Shown here in pieces: positions 39,503 through 50,332 of a stretch of 64,000 nucleotides of DNA. The notes under the pieces are model-generated. The model saw only the letters and a program-made list of their open reading frames with translations, was not told the DNA's origin and made no database searches. Source of the DNA: an uncultured Mycoplasmatota bacterium (GTDB taxonomy: Bacteria; Bacillota_I; Bacilli_A; RF39; UBA660); contig UROI01000001.1 in the NCBI GenBank assembly GCA_900549325.1, forward strand, positions 34,213 through 98,212, in the 5' to 3' direction. The stretch's first letter is position 1. The number at the start of each line of letters is the position of its first letter. The position numbers and the translations under genes were made by a program.

Positions 39503-40592
39503 ATGGAACTTTATGAATTAAAAAAAGAGTATAAAATATTAGAAAATAAAATTATTGATCTTAGGAGGTCTCTTTGACTTAGATAGTAAAATTAAAAGAG
39601 TAGAAGAAATTAATAATTTAATGCTTGATAGTTCGTTTTGGGATGATAGATCTTCTTCTGAAAAGATAGTTAGTGAACTTAAGCATGATAAGATTATTAT
39701 AGATAATATTAATAACTTAGATAGTAAGATTAATAGTAATATTGATATGCTTAATGATGTTAAAGATAGTGATATTGAAATGTTATTACTAATTGAAGAG
39801 GAATATCATGATATTAATAAATTAATAGACAAGGCTACTTTAGATACTTATTTAAATGGTGAATATGATAATTCTAATGCTATTATGGAAATACATGCTG
39901 GCGCAGGTGGTACTGAATCATGTGACTGGGCATTAATGTTATATAGAATGTATACTAGATATGCTAGTGGTAATGGCTATACTATTACAGAACTTGATAA
40001 GCAGGATGGTGAAGAGGCTGGGATTAAGTCGGTATTATTTCAAGTTAATGGACCTTTAGCCTATGGCTACTTAAAACACGAAAAAGGAGTACATAGGTTA
40101 GTTAGAATTAGTCCATTTGATGCAAATAAGAGGAGACATACATCTTTTGCTGCGGTTGATGTACTGCCTGAGATAGATAATAATATAGATGTAGAAATTA
40201 ATGATAGTGACATTAGAGTAGATATTTATCGTAGTAGTGGCCCTGGAGGACAAGGAGTAAATACTACTGATAGTGCAGTTAGAATTACACATATTCCTAC
40301 GGGTATTGTTGTTACTTGTCAAAACGAAAGAAGTCAAATTAGAAACAAAGAAAAAGCACTTGAAGTACTTAAAGGTAAACTATTATTACTAGAAAAAGAA
40401 AAACAAGATGAAAAGATTAATGGTATCAAAGGTGAACAGCTATCTAATGGCTGGGGTAGTGCTAAAAGAAGCTATGTACTATGTCCTTATACTTTGGTTA
40501 AAGATAACAATAGTGGATATGAAAGTAGCAATGTAAATGGTATATTAGATGGTGAAATAGAAGAAATGTTAGAATTTGGAATAAAAGAATAA
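39503..40592 (+). CDS. prfB: Peptide chain release factor 2, with programmed +1 ribosomal frameshift
   Basis: Frame-0 ORF from ATG 39503 (MELYELKKEYKILENKIIDLRRSL) ends at an in-frame TGA within AGGAGG TCT CTT TGA C (39563-39578); the +1 frame continues DLDSKIKRVEE through the RF2 GGQ (SGPGGQ) and SPF motifs. Confidence 0.85.
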
Positions 40593-40604
40593 AGGGTGAT
40601 TTAT

Positions 40605-41507
40605 ATGGGAATATTTGATTATTTTAGAAAGAAAAAGGTAGATAGTATTATAACTAAGGTTAATAAGAAAAATATCGGTAAAAGATATTGTATGCTTGTA
40701 CTTGGTACTTTAATTGTAGCCTTTTCTTTTAATTTATTCTTTTTAAGATATAATTTAGCTTGCTTTGGAGTAAGTGGTATATCAATAGTGCTTAGTAAGT
40801 TTGGTGTTAATCCTTCAATATTTATTTTAGGATGTAATATTTTATTAATGATACTTGCTTACTTTACATTAGGTCTTGAAAATACTAAGAATCAATTAGT
40901 TGGAGCTTTAATATATCCTGTATTGGTACAACTTACTAGTTATATTACTAAATACATAGATTTAGGAGACACTGAAATGATAGTTATTGCTGTAGTAGGT
41001 GGCGTACTTGCAGGTATCGGCTACGGACTAATATATAAGAGTAATTTCTCTACTGGTGGCACTGATGTTATCGTAGGTATTATTCATAAGTATTTAAAAA
41101 TGTCTATGGGAACTGCTGGTCTCATAGTTAATGGATGCATTATACTACTTGGTAAACTTGTATTTGGATGGGATATAGTACTTTATGCTATATTAGTATC
41201 ATATTTAATATCAGTATTTACTGATAAGATATTACTTGGTATATCTAAGAGTAAAGCATTTTATATAGTTGTTAATAAAGAAAAAGATGATATGGTAAGA
41301 GATTTTCTTATATCACTTCCTGATGTTGGGACAACAGTTATAGATGCTGAAGGCGGTTATTCTAGTGAAGATAAAACACTTTTATTAGCGGTTGTTCCTA
41401 CGAGAAGTTATTTTATAGTAAAGGAAGGTTTAAAAGAGATAGATAATAATATATTCTTCTTAGTTTGTGACTCCTACGAAGTAAGTGATAATGGTGATTT
41501 ATCATGA
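40605..41507 (+). CDS. YitT-family membrane protein (DUF161/DUF2179), paralog 1
   Basis: Polytopic N-terminal region and C-terminal DUF2179-like domain. Confidence 0.55.
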   Translation: MGIFDYFRKKKVDSIITKVNKKNIGKRYCMLVLGTLIVAFSFNLFFLRYNLACFGVSGISIVLSKFGVNPSIFILGCNILLMILAYFTLGLENTKNQLVGALIYPVLVQLTSYITKYIDLGDTEMIVIAVVGGVLAGIGYGLIYKSNFSTGGTDVIVGIIHKYLKMSMGTAGLIVNGCIILLGKLVFGWDIVLYAILVSYLISVFTDKILLGISKSKAFYIVVNKEKDDMVRDFLISLPDVGTTVIDAEGGYSSEDKTLLLAVVPTRSYFIVKEGLKEIDNNIFFLVCDSYEVSDNGDLS

Positions 41508-42385
41508 AGATAAGTAAGAATGAAAAGTTTGATATTAAAAAACTAGAGAAAATTATTAAAGATAAAAATACTTATTATAATTTTTTTCTCTTTATAATGG
41601 GGATGGCTCTTAGTGCTATTTCTGTTAGTGTATTTTATTCTCCTAATGAAGTAGTTACTACTGGTAGTACAGGACTTGCAATTATACTAAACAAATATTT
41701 AAATATAGATTTATCATTATTAGTATTATGTTTATCGTCAATGTTACTTGTTTTATCTTTTTTAGTATTTGGCGTTAATTATGGATCAAAACATATTCTT
41801 GGTACATTATTATTTCCAGTATTTTTAAAGAGTGCTACTTTAATTAATAGAGTTGTTAATTTTGAAGGAGTATCTTTATTTCTACTTATAGTTATTGGCG
41901 GAGTACTTTCTGGTATTGGCTTTGGACTAGTTAAAAGAAGTAACTATAGTCTTGGGGGATTTTACGTATTATATGATATTATTAATAAAAGATTTAAAAT
42001 ATCTATAGGTAAGGCTAGTTTGGTATGTAATAGTATAATTATAATACTTAGTATATTTACTTTTGGCATAGATAAATGTATATATGCTATTATTGGATTA
42101 TATATGACTAGTTATTTTGGTGATAAGATAATGCTTGGTATATCTAGTAATAAGGCTTTTTATATTATTACTAGAAAACCTTTAGAAGTTAAAGAGTATA
42201 TTATTAATAATTTAAATCATACTGTTACTGTGGTTAAGGCTAGAGGAGGTTATAGTGATAAAAAGAAAACTATGCTTCTTTGTGTAATACCTACTGTAGA
42301 ATATGTAAAAATGAAAGAAGTTATTAAAACAATAGATGAAAGAGCTTTCTTCTTAGTTACTGATAGTTATACAGTGTCTAAGTAG
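41504..42385 (+). CDS. YitT-family membrane protein (DUF161/DUF2179), paralog 2
   Basis: Same architecture as its upstream neighbour; start overlaps the neighbour's stop. Confidence 0.55.
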   Translation: MKISKNEKFDIKKLEKIIKDKNTYYNFFLFIMGMALSAISVSVFYSPNEVVTTGSTGLAIILNKYLNIDLSLLVLCLSSMLLVLSFLVFGVNYGSKHILGTLLFPVFLKSATLINRVVNFEGVSLFLLIVIGGVLSGIGFGLVKRSNYSLGGFYVLYDIINKRFKISIGKASLVCNSIIIILSIFTFGIDKCIYAIIGLYMTSYFGDKIMLGISSNKAFYIITRKPLEVKEYIINNLNHTVTVVKARGGYSDKKKTMLLCVIPTVEYVKMKEVIKTIDERAFFLVTDSYTVSK

Positions 42386-42455
42386 GAAAATTATGTAAAA
42401 TAATAGATAGATATTTAAAAAATATTGAAATAATGGTATAATTAATTATACAGAT

Positions 42456-43166
42456 ATGGAGGTAGTAAAAGTGGAGTTAATTAGAATTAGTGATGTTCAA
42501 AAGACTTATAAAACTGGTACTGTAGCGCTATATGATTTTAATCTTAGTATTAAAAAGGGTGAATTTGTATTTGTAATAGGTGCTTCAGGTAGTGGTAAGT
42601 CTACTTTGATAAAGATGTTATATAGAGAAGAAAAACCTGATAAAGGTTCCATAATAATAGGTGGTATTAATGTAGCAAAACTTAGAAATAGAAAAGTATA
42701 TGCTTTAAGAAGAAAATTAGGAGTAGTCTTTCAAGATTTTAAACTATTACCTAAACTTACAGTATATGAAAATGTGGCTTTTGCTATGGAAGTACTAGGA
42801 TATGATAAAAAAGAAATACATAAAAGAGTAATGGATGTTCTTGATTTAGTAGGATTAAAAAATAAAGTAAGACAGTTTCCAGACCAATTATCTGGTGGTG
42901 AACAACAAAGAGTTGTTATAGCAAGAGCGATTGTTAATAAACCTAAACTTCTTATATGTGATGAACCTACGGGTAACTTAGATCCTGATACTTCAATGGA
43001 AATTATGAAAGTGCTTGACGAAATTAATGCTATGGGTACTACAATTATAATGGCTACTCATGATAGAGATATTGTTGATAGAATGAAAAAAAGAGTTATA
43101 GTACTTGATAGAGGAAGACTTGCTAAAGACATAGAGAAAGGAAGTTACTGCAATGAAAAGTTTTAG
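42456..43166 (+). CDS. ftsE: Cell-division ABC transporter ATP-binding protein FtsE
   Basis: Walker A (GASGSGKST), ABC signature (LSGGEQQRV), Walker B; followed by ftsX. Confidence 0.9.
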   Translation: MEVVKVELIRISDVQKTYKTGTVALYDFNLSIKKGEFVFVIGASGSGKSTLIKMLYREEKPDKGSIIIGGINVAKLRNRKVYALRRKLGVVFQDFKLLPKLTVYENVAFAMEVLGYDKKEIHKRVMDVLDLVGLKNKVRQFPDQLSGGEQQRVVIARAIVNKPKLLICDEPTGNLDPDTSMEIMKVLDEINAMGTTIIMATHDRDIVDRMKKRVIVLDRGRLAKDIEKGSYCNEKF

Positions 43167-44073
43167 AAGTATAAGAAGATATTTTAGAGATGCTATTCAT
43201 GGAGTATTTAGAAACTTTTCTTTATCACTTGCATCAATTTCATGTATAACTATTACTTTAATAGTAGTGGCTGTATCATTAATTTTATCTTATAATGTTG
43301 AACACTTTTCTGACTCAATTAGAAAAGATGTAACTGTAGTTATGTTTTTAAAGAAAGAAACTACAAAAGAAGATTTAACTAAAATAAAAAAAGAACTTGA
43401 AAGTATTGAAAATATCGAAAATAGTAGTATTGAACTTAAAACTAAAGAAGAATCTGCTAATGAATTAAAAAAAGGTAATGAGATATTTGCCACTACTGTT
43501 GATAGATGGACTGAGGAGACAAATCCTTTACTTGATAGTTATATGTTTAAAGTAAAAGATATTGTTCAAATAGATGATACAGTAAAAGAAGTAAAAAACT
43601 TATCTTTTTCTAAAGATAAGATAAATAATATTAATTATGGAGAAGATATTGTACATCAATTGATTGAAGTATTTAATGTAGTAAGAAAAATATGCATAGT
43701 GGCAGTTTTATCGTTAGTTCTAGTTACGGCATTCTTAATTGCTAATACTATTAAACTTGCTATATACTCTAGAAAAAGAGAAATAGAGATAATGAGACTA
43801 GTAGGAGCTTCAAATATATCTATTAAGATACCATTCATTATTGAAGGATTATTTATAGGACTTATTGGTTCTATAGTACCAATACTTATTACAATATTTG
43901 GTTATACTTCTTTATATGATTACTTTGGTGGTAAATTATTTGGCTCTGGCCTTGCCGAACTAGTTAACCCAATGCCATTTATATATCAAGTATCTGGTGT
44001 ACTTGTAGCTATTGGTATTGTTGTTGGTATGATAGGTAGTTATCAAGCAGTAAGAAAATACTTGAAAATATAG
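43153..44073 (+). CDS. ftsX: Cell-division ABC transporter permease FtsX
   Basis: FtsX topology with an N-terminal transmembrane helix, extracellular domain and three C-terminal transmembrane helices. Confidence 0.85.
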   Translation: MKSFRSIRRYFRDAIHGVFRNFSLSLASISCITITLIVVAVSLILSYNVEHFSDSIRKDVTVVMFLKKETTKEDLTKIKKELESIENIENSSIELKTKEESANELKKGNEIFATTVDRWTEETNPLLDSYMFKVKDIVQIDDTVKEVKNLSFSKDKINNINYGEDIVHQLIEVFNVVRKICIVAVLSLVLVTAFLIANTIKLAIYSRKREIEIMRLVGASNISIKIPFIIEGLFIGLIGSIVPILITIFGYTSLYDYFGGKLFGSGLAELVNPMPFIYQVSGVLVAIGIVVGMIGSYQAVRKYLKI

Positions 44074-44115
44074 TATTTTCTTTTTTTATTCACATTTGGT
44101 GTTGATAGATAAAAT

Positions 44116-44667
44116 TTATCTATATTTTGTTATTTTCTTATATTCATTAATACCATATTTTTCATTTAATGTATCATAAAAGATAAATTTATGCGGTGGA
44201 TTATAAGTTAAATAAATAAAACCTAGATATATTATAATTATTATAGGAACTGAAAGTGCATTTAATACTTTTAGTTCTTTTTCTTTTAATATATTATAAC
44301 TTACTATTTGACCTATAATATATACTATTATCATGAGAGTTATTGATATAAACATAGATTCTCCTAATAACTTGTATAGAGGTATATATATTACTAAGTA
44401 TAATGGTATTTGCATTAATGGAATGAAATATGTATTAAATGGTAAATTATTATATGTAATGTTATATTTCTTTAAAAGAATATATTCTATTAAACTATAT
44501 ATTAGTGTTGAAGTAAATAATATTTTCATATGTTCCCAAATGCTTTCATTTACTGGAAAGATAAAAGAAAAGATAATATTAGGAAAAATATCATAAGCAA
44601 AATGTGATATAAAAGATAATATAGTTATAATAACTACTCCAAGTATTTTTATTTTCTTTAAATTCAT
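44116..44667 (-). CDS. Polytopic membrane protein of unknown function
   Basis: 183 aa with five or six hydrophobic helices. Confidence 0.4.
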   Translation of the reverse strand: MNLKKIKILGVVIITILSFISHFAYDIFPNIIFSFIFPVNESIWEHMKILFTSTLIYSLIEYILLKKYNITYNNLPFNTYFIPLMQIPLYLVIYIPLYKLLGESMFISITLMIIVYIIGQIVSYNILKEKELKVLNALSVPIIIIIYLGFIYLTYNPPHKFIFYDTLNEKYGINEYKKITKYR

Positions 44668-44868
44668 ATATTTATACTCCTTTATTTATTATATTATTAT
44701 TATGACTAAATAATTAAAAAATATTAATTTTAGAGATTATAAGCTCTAAAATTCTTTATGAAGACTTAATGGCTTCATAAAACATCGAACAACAAAGTGT
44801 GAGATGAAAAAACTAATAAATACCTTTATTTTTATATACTTTTTTAGTATAATATATATTGTGATAGT

Positions 44869-46116
44869 ATGAAAAAAAGTTATATATTTATAGGTATATT
44901 TTTAATATTTATTATAATTATTACAGTGGTAGGTAGTATCATAGTTACAGGTAATATTAAAGTAAGTGAAGATAAAGATATTCTGTTAGTACAAAGTAAT
45001 AAAGAAGTATATTTTAAACCTTATGGTTACAGTATAGATAATCCTAATATAGTAGTTAATCCTTATGGTAATAGTCCTTTAACAGCACTAGTAATGTTTG
45101 AAACAGATAACTATAGTGAAGTATCTATTAAAATATTAAGTAAAGATGGTAATAGCGATATAAATTATACATTTAGTAAAAATAAGTATCATTTAATACC
45201 AATATATGGATTATATGCTGATTATGATAATACAGTTATATTATCAAGTGAAGGTAAAAGTAAAACTATTAATATTAAGACTGATAGTTTACCTGAAGAC
45301 TTTACTTATGTAGATAATATGACTTATGATAATTTTATATTTTATAATAGTAATTATCCTTATGCTATTGATAGTAATGGCGAAGTAAGATGGTATTTAA
45401 ATAGTAATTATTATGGTAATATAAGTATGACTAATGAATCTTCAATTGTTATTGGTAGTGATAGATATAATGAGAATGGTAATGTAATATCTTTATATCA
45501 AATGAACTTATTAGGTAAAATTTATAATGAATATATAGTTAATAATTATTATGGTGTTAATATTGTTTATGAAGAAGTAGTTAGTGTACTTTCTAATGAT
45601 GTTATTTCTATTGATTTACAAACTGGTAATACAATAAAGAAATATTTTAAGAATGATGGTTATGATTATATTGATAGTGTAGAAGGTAATATTATTTTAA
45701 AAAAGGATAATGCTTTTTATAAGGTGGGGGATAATAATAAGCTAGAAGATACTACTTATGAATATAAAGAAAAAGTAATAAGTTTTTATAATAATACTTC
45801 TAATTATAGTATTGTACCTTCGGTTAGATATGGTAAATTAAATGAGACTACTGAAAGTAAAGAGAAAATATCTTTAATTAACTATGATAAAAGTAATGAT
45901 GTAGATGTTTCTTTTGAGAAAGAAGTAGATAGGACAATGATTAAAAATAATAATAATGATAAAGTTTATGTTATTCTTGATAAATTTTTAGATAAAAGAG
46001 TGTATGAAGTATCTGATACTTTTTATATTAATGATACGGGGCTTAATGGTAAGTATACAGTTTATGTTAAAGTAAAAGATAAACTATATAGGACAGATTA
46101 TTATATCGAGGTGTAA
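44869..46116 (+). CDS. Membrane-anchored extracellular protein of unknown function
   Basis: 415 aa, N-terminal transmembrane anchor, Asn/Tyr-rich and probably beta-rich ectodomain; stop is 1 nt before the Y-family polymerase start. Confidence 0.4.
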   Translation: MKKSYIFIGIFLIFIIIITVVGSIIVTGNIKVSEDKDILLVQSNKEVYFKPYGYSIDNPNIVVNPYGNSPLTALVMFETDNYSEVSIKILSKDGNSDINYTFSKNKYHLIPIYGLYADYDNTVILSSEGKSKTINIKTDSLPEDFTYVDNMTYDNFIFYNSNYPYAIDSNGEVRWYLNSNYYGNISMTNESSIVIGSDRYNENGNVISLYQMNLLGKIYNEYIVNNYYGVNIVYEEVVSVLSNDVISIDLQTGNTIKKYFKNDGYDYIDSVEGNIILKKDNAFYKVGDNNKLEDTTYEYKEKVISFYNNTSNYSIVPSVRYGKLNETTESKEKISLINYDKSNDVDVSFEKEVDRTMIKNNNNDKVYVILDKFLDKRVYEVSDTFYINDTGLNGKYTVYVKVKDKLYRTDYYIEV

Positions 46117-46117
46117 A

Positions 46118-47314
46118 ATGGAAAGAATTATTTTACATGTTGATGTTAATAATGCATTTCTTAGTTGGTCTGCGGTGTGGCTGCTAAAGAATGGTTATGG
46201 AAAAGATATTAGAAATAGGTATGCTGTTATTGCGGGTGATGAGACTCAAAGGAGAGGTATTGTTTTGGCAAAGAGTAATTTGTGTAAAAAAAATGGTGTT
46301 AAGACTGCTGAAGCAATTTATTTAGCTAGAAAGAAGTGTCCTTATTTAGAAATTTATCCTCCTAAATATGATGTATATAAAAAGTTTTCAGATATGATGT
46401 ATAAATATTTATGTAATTATACTAATATTATTGAAAGATATTCTATTGATGAGTGCTTTCTTGATTACACTGGTAGTGTTAAGCTGTTTGGTGATCCGGT
46501 GAAAGTTGCTTATAAAATTAAAGATGATATTTATAAGAAGTTTGGATTTACAGTTAATGTTGGTGTTGGTAATAATAAATTACTTGCTAAAATGGCTTCT
46601 GATTTTGAAAAGCCTAATAAAGTACATACACTATTTAGTAATGAGATCGAAACTAAGATGTTTCCTCTTCCTATCGAGGATTTATTTATGACTGGTAGAG
46701 CAAGTGCAAAAAAACTTAGAGAGATGGGAATTACTACGATTGGAGAACTTGCTAGAACACCAGTGGAAGAACTTACTAAGAAGTTTAAATCTATGGGTAA
46801 GATGTTACATGATTATGCAAATGGTATTGATAATAGCGAAGTTATGTATGAAAGAGAACAGGCTAAGAGTATTTCAAACTCAACAGTTCTTCCATATAAT
46901 TATAGAGATTCTGGTATGATAAAGAATGTTATATTTGATTTATCTAAAGAGATTGGTAAGAAATTAAGAGACAATAAATTATATGCTGATACTATTGGCG
47001 TTTGGTTTAAGTATACTTATTTTGATAAGATTAGTAAACAAGTTAAGTTGGATAATAGTATCGCAAATGATGAAGAAATAGCAGGAAAGGCTTTTAATAT
47101 TTTTAATGAACTATGGAATGGTGAAGATGGTATTAGAAGCGTATGTGTATTTGTAAGCGGTCTATCTAATGAAAGAAAGGTGCAACTATCTTTATTTGAT
47201 GAAAAGGTAGTGGAAGAGGAAAAAGAGGACAAATTACAAGAAGTAATTGATGACATTAGAAGTAAGTTTGGTGATGGAGTTATTGGCTTTGCAAATGAGA
47301 AAAATAACAAATAG
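46118..47314 (+). CDS. Y-family translesion DNA polymerase (UmuC/UvrX-like)
   Basis: N-terminus ILHVDVNNAFLS (UmuC has DVNAFYAS), catalytic SIDECFLDYTG (family consensus SIDEAFLD), NKLLAKMASDFEKPN, helix-hairpin-helix and little-finger region. Confidence 0.8.
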   Translation: MERIILHVDVNNAFLSWSAVWLLKNGYGKDIRNRYAVIAGDETQRRGIVLAKSNLCKKNGVKTAEAIYLARKKCPYLEIYPPKYDVYKKFSDMMYKYLCNYTNIIERYSIDECFLDYTGSVKLFGDPVKVAYKIKDDIYKKFGFTVNVGVGNNKLLAKMASDFEKPNKVHTLFSNEIETKMFPLPIEDLFMTGRASAKKLREMGITTIGELARTPVEELTKKFKSMGKMLHDYANGIDNSEVMYEREQAKSISNSTVLPYNYRDSGMIKNVIFDLSKEIGKKLRDNKLYADTIGVWFKYTYFDKISKQVKLDNSIANDEEIAGKAFNIFNELWNGEDGIRSVCVFVSGLSNERKVQLSLFDEKVVEEEKEDKLQEVIDDIRSKFGDGVIGFANEKNNK

Positions 47315-47323
47315 GGAGGTATT

Positions 47324-50320
47324 ATGGAATTATTGAATAAATTAAAAAGAAGCAATACTGAAATAAATACTAATAAAAATGAAGATAATATAGAGTTATT
47401 AGAAAAAAGAACACTTATTAATAAAATAGGGGTAAATAGAATAAATTTATTTTGCAATAGATATTCTTTAAAATATGAGGATTTATCTATAGATTTTTTA
47501 AGAAAACTAATTAGTTCTGAAGAATTATTAAATTATTTAAATTCAGTCTTTTTAACTATCAACGATATAAAAAAAATGAATGATGGTACTTTTTCTTTAA
47601 ATGATGTAGAAGGACAGTATGATATCCTAGAGTTTCCTATTTTATTTTCGGGTTTTGAAAGAGAAAAGGTATTATTACTTAATAAAGATATAAGTGTTTT
47701 GCCTAGTAATTATGTATCAGTTCAGATGGATAATTTAGATTTAAATAATTTATCTCCTGGTGAAAATTATGATATAATCATTCCATCATATTTTGGGGAT
47801 GTCAATATAAAAAAGCAAACTAAAAAAATTTTACCTGTTGAATTAAATGATATGTATTCTATTTCAAAAATAAATATTCTATACCCATGTGATAATATTT
47901 TTTATTGCGTAGATAGATTTTCTTATTGTATAACTGAGAAAATCAACTTGAATTCTAATACTATTATTATTATTAGTTTAGATAAGTTTAAGGAACTAAC
48001 CAAGTTACAAGTTGAAAACTTAAATGGATGTATGATATTATTGGCAGAAGATATTGTTAAAAATGATATACTATATAATAGCTTTGCTAATAAAAGTGTA
48101 GATAATAACTTTCCTACCTTAAATAGTGATAGTTTTGATGATGAGATAGTTAAGATTAATCATCTCCTATTTATTGTTGATAATTCTGATCTTGAAAATA
48201 ATAGAAAAAAATATTTTAAATATTGGATAAAAAAATATAGTAGAAATAATCAATTATCTTATCATATTTATGAAATAACAGATAAATTAACGAAAGAGAT
48301 TGGAATCGATAAAATAAAAATGTTATCAAATAAATTTGATGATTTGGAGTATAGTGATAAAATAAAAGACTTTGAATTTGAGAATTATGATATTTCAACA
48401 TTCTTAGGTGAATTTAAAAACATAGATACTGCTTATTTATCATTCTTAATAAATACAATAGCAAAATTAAATACTGAAGAACGTAAGGTTGTACTTAGTG
48501 ATCCGAAAATTAAAAATAGACTTGGTAATCAAATTCTCAGTGAGTGTGGTAATAATATATATAGTTATTTTGAAAAAATAAAATTAAAGCTATCTGTTAC
48601 TGAAATTCTGTCTTTATTTGATGTAGAGATGATTAGAAATAATTTTACTGGCGATAGAAAATCTTTAGAATATAGAGTATTTGCCAGTTTATGTGAAAGC
48701 GATGATGAAGTTATTGAAGTAATTAAGTATTTACTTAATAATAACGAAATGTTTATAGAATTTTTTAATCAGTGTGATAATTTCTGTAGTTCATTTGACT
48801 GTTTAAGTGGTGGTATGTTAAAAAAAGTTTTATATAGACTTAAAGAAAATAAAATGACCGCTGACTGCTACAACTTTGTATTTGGTCTTTCTTTGAAAAC
48901 TCAAAAATATCTTATTGATGAAAAACTTGATGATGATATTATTGCTATTATTGTACCAAGATTTAAAATGCAGGCAATTACTTATTTTTTTGAATCTGAT
49001 AGTAGGTCTAATTATTTATTTAAAAAGATGTGCATTGCTTCTCTTATTGGTAGCGATGTAATATTTAATAATGATGTTTTAAGGAGCAAAGATTTTTTTG
49101 ATATGCTTAAAAATAAGAGTTTTGTTGATTTTAGAACTAATATAAACAATGTTGAGGTAAATAATTTACCAGAATTTATTGAAAAGCATTTGAAAGAGTA
49201 TTACGAAGAATTATTTAATGATTACGATGAAGAAAGTAAAATGTTTAAAGAATATACGGAAATAATTAATAATTCGGAAGCTTATATTAACTACTCTAAA
49301 TTTAATAATTATATATTAGATGATGAGGCATTTCAAATTCTAAATTCTCTTGAAAACACTAATAAAAGTATACGTCTTGAGAAATTTAAAAACTTGACTA
49401 ATAAGAAAATTAGCGAAATTACTGTTGATGCTTTGTTTGCAGATAATATATATAATGTGTGGATTAATATTAAAGAGATGCTTAGATTTAATGATAAGTT
49501 ACCTGAAAATAAAAAAATATTAGATAATGATAAAATCAAGTTTTATGAAATGATTTTAAATATCGATAATGTTTCTTGCACTGATAAAATAAAATTATAC
49601 CATGGTTTAAAGGAAAAGAATATCAGTACGATGTTTTATGAAGATGTCAGGAAGCTAAAGGATGCATCTTATAATCTTATTAAAAGTAAGATGTTTACTT
49701 TAAAGGGTAATTTCTGCGATAGTGAGTTAAGTAATGAGTATGGAGTGCCAATTTACGATATGCGTGATAAGAGTTTCTTTATGCTTGTCAGATCGGAGAG
49801 TAAACATAAGGATAAAGATATGTGGAGGAGAAATTGTTACTCAATTATATCAAATGACAATACTAGTGTTTATTCACATGGTACTATAACTATTTACGGA
49901 TATAATTCTTTTGAAAATGATAGAGTTCTTCATATGTTTGAAGGTGATGCTTATAGCGAAGATGAGAGCAAATACTTTGGTAATAGAGAAAAAATTAATA
50001 GAATAATGACTCCTGAAGAACTAGTTAATAGTAGTAGATGGTATAGTGAGGTACAACTTGTTAATTTAAAGGATGAATGTGCCAATAAGTTATATATTGC
50101 TAAAAAACCTGATTTTATTGTAGTTTATGATGCTCCTGATAAGGAAAGCATAGAGGAAAGTATGAAACGAAATATACCGATTGTTATTATTAAAAGGCAA
50201 GTACTTGAGAAAAATAATAAAATAAATATCGGTAATAGTGATTATTTTTTAGATGGTGATGAAGATATTTATATAAATAGTTCTTATGATGAAAAAGATA
50301 TAAGTAAAAAAATTAGATAG
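47324..50320 (+). CDS. Large (998 aa) cytoplasmic protein of unknown function, co-operonic with the Y-family polymerase
   Basis: Long ORF with AGGGAGG ribosome-binding site starting 10 nt after the polymerase stop; no motif I can recognise. Confidence 0.45.
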   Translation: MELLNKLKRSNTEINTNKNEDNIELLEKRTLINKIGVNRINLFCNRYSLKYEDLSIDFLRKLISSEELLNYLNSVFLTINDIKKMNDGTFSLNDVEGQYDILEFPILFSGFEREKVLLLNKDISVLPSNYVSVQMDNLDLNNLSPGENYDIIIPSYFGDVNIKKQTKKILPVELNDMYSISKINILYPCDNIFYCVDRFSYCITEKINLNSNTIIIISLDKFKELTKLQVENLNGCMILLAEDIVKNDILYNSFANKSVDNNFPTLNSDSFDDEIVKINHLLFIVDNSDLENNRKKYFKYWIKKYSRNNQLSYHIYEITDKLTKEIGIDKIKMLSNKFDDLEYSDKIKDFEFENYDISTFLGEFKNIDTAYLSFLINTIAKLNTEERKVVLSDPKIKNRLGNQILSECGNNIYSYFEKIKLKLSVTEILSLFDVEMIRNNFTGDRKSLEYRVFASLCESDDEVIEVIKYLLNNNEMFIEFFNQCDNFCSSFDCLSGGMLKKVLYRLKENKMTADCYNFVFGLSLKTQKYLIDEKLDDDIIAIIVPRFKMQAITYFFESDSRSNYLFKKMCIASLIGSDVIFNNDVLRSKDFFDMLKNKSFVDFRTNINNVEVNNLPEFIEKHLKEYYEELFNDYDEESKMFKEYTEIINNSEAYINYSKFNNYILDDEAFQILNSLENTNKSIRLEKFKNLTNKKISEITVDALFADNIYNVWINIKEMLRFNDKLPENKKILDNDKIKFYEMILNIDNVSCTDKIKLYHGLKEKNISTMFYEDVRKLKDASYNLIKSKMFTLKGNFCDSELSNEYGVPIYDMRDKSFFMLVRSESKHKDKDMWRRNCYSIISNDNTSVYSHGTITIYGYNSFENDRVLHMFEGDAYSEDESKYFGNREKINRIMTPEELVNSSRWYSEVQLVNLKDECANKLYIAKKPDFIVVYDAPDKESIEESMKRNIPIVIIKRQVLEKNNKINIGNSDYFLDGDEDIYINSSYDEKDISKKIR

Positions 50321-50332
50321 GAGATGTAATGG

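Noticed and set aside
44668-44868. LexA/Cheo box (CGAACnnnnGTTCG) upstream of the Y-family polymerase operon
   Set aside because: Only a half-site-like CGAACAACAAAGTG is present, with no matching GTTCG half. SOS control cannot be claimed from sequence.
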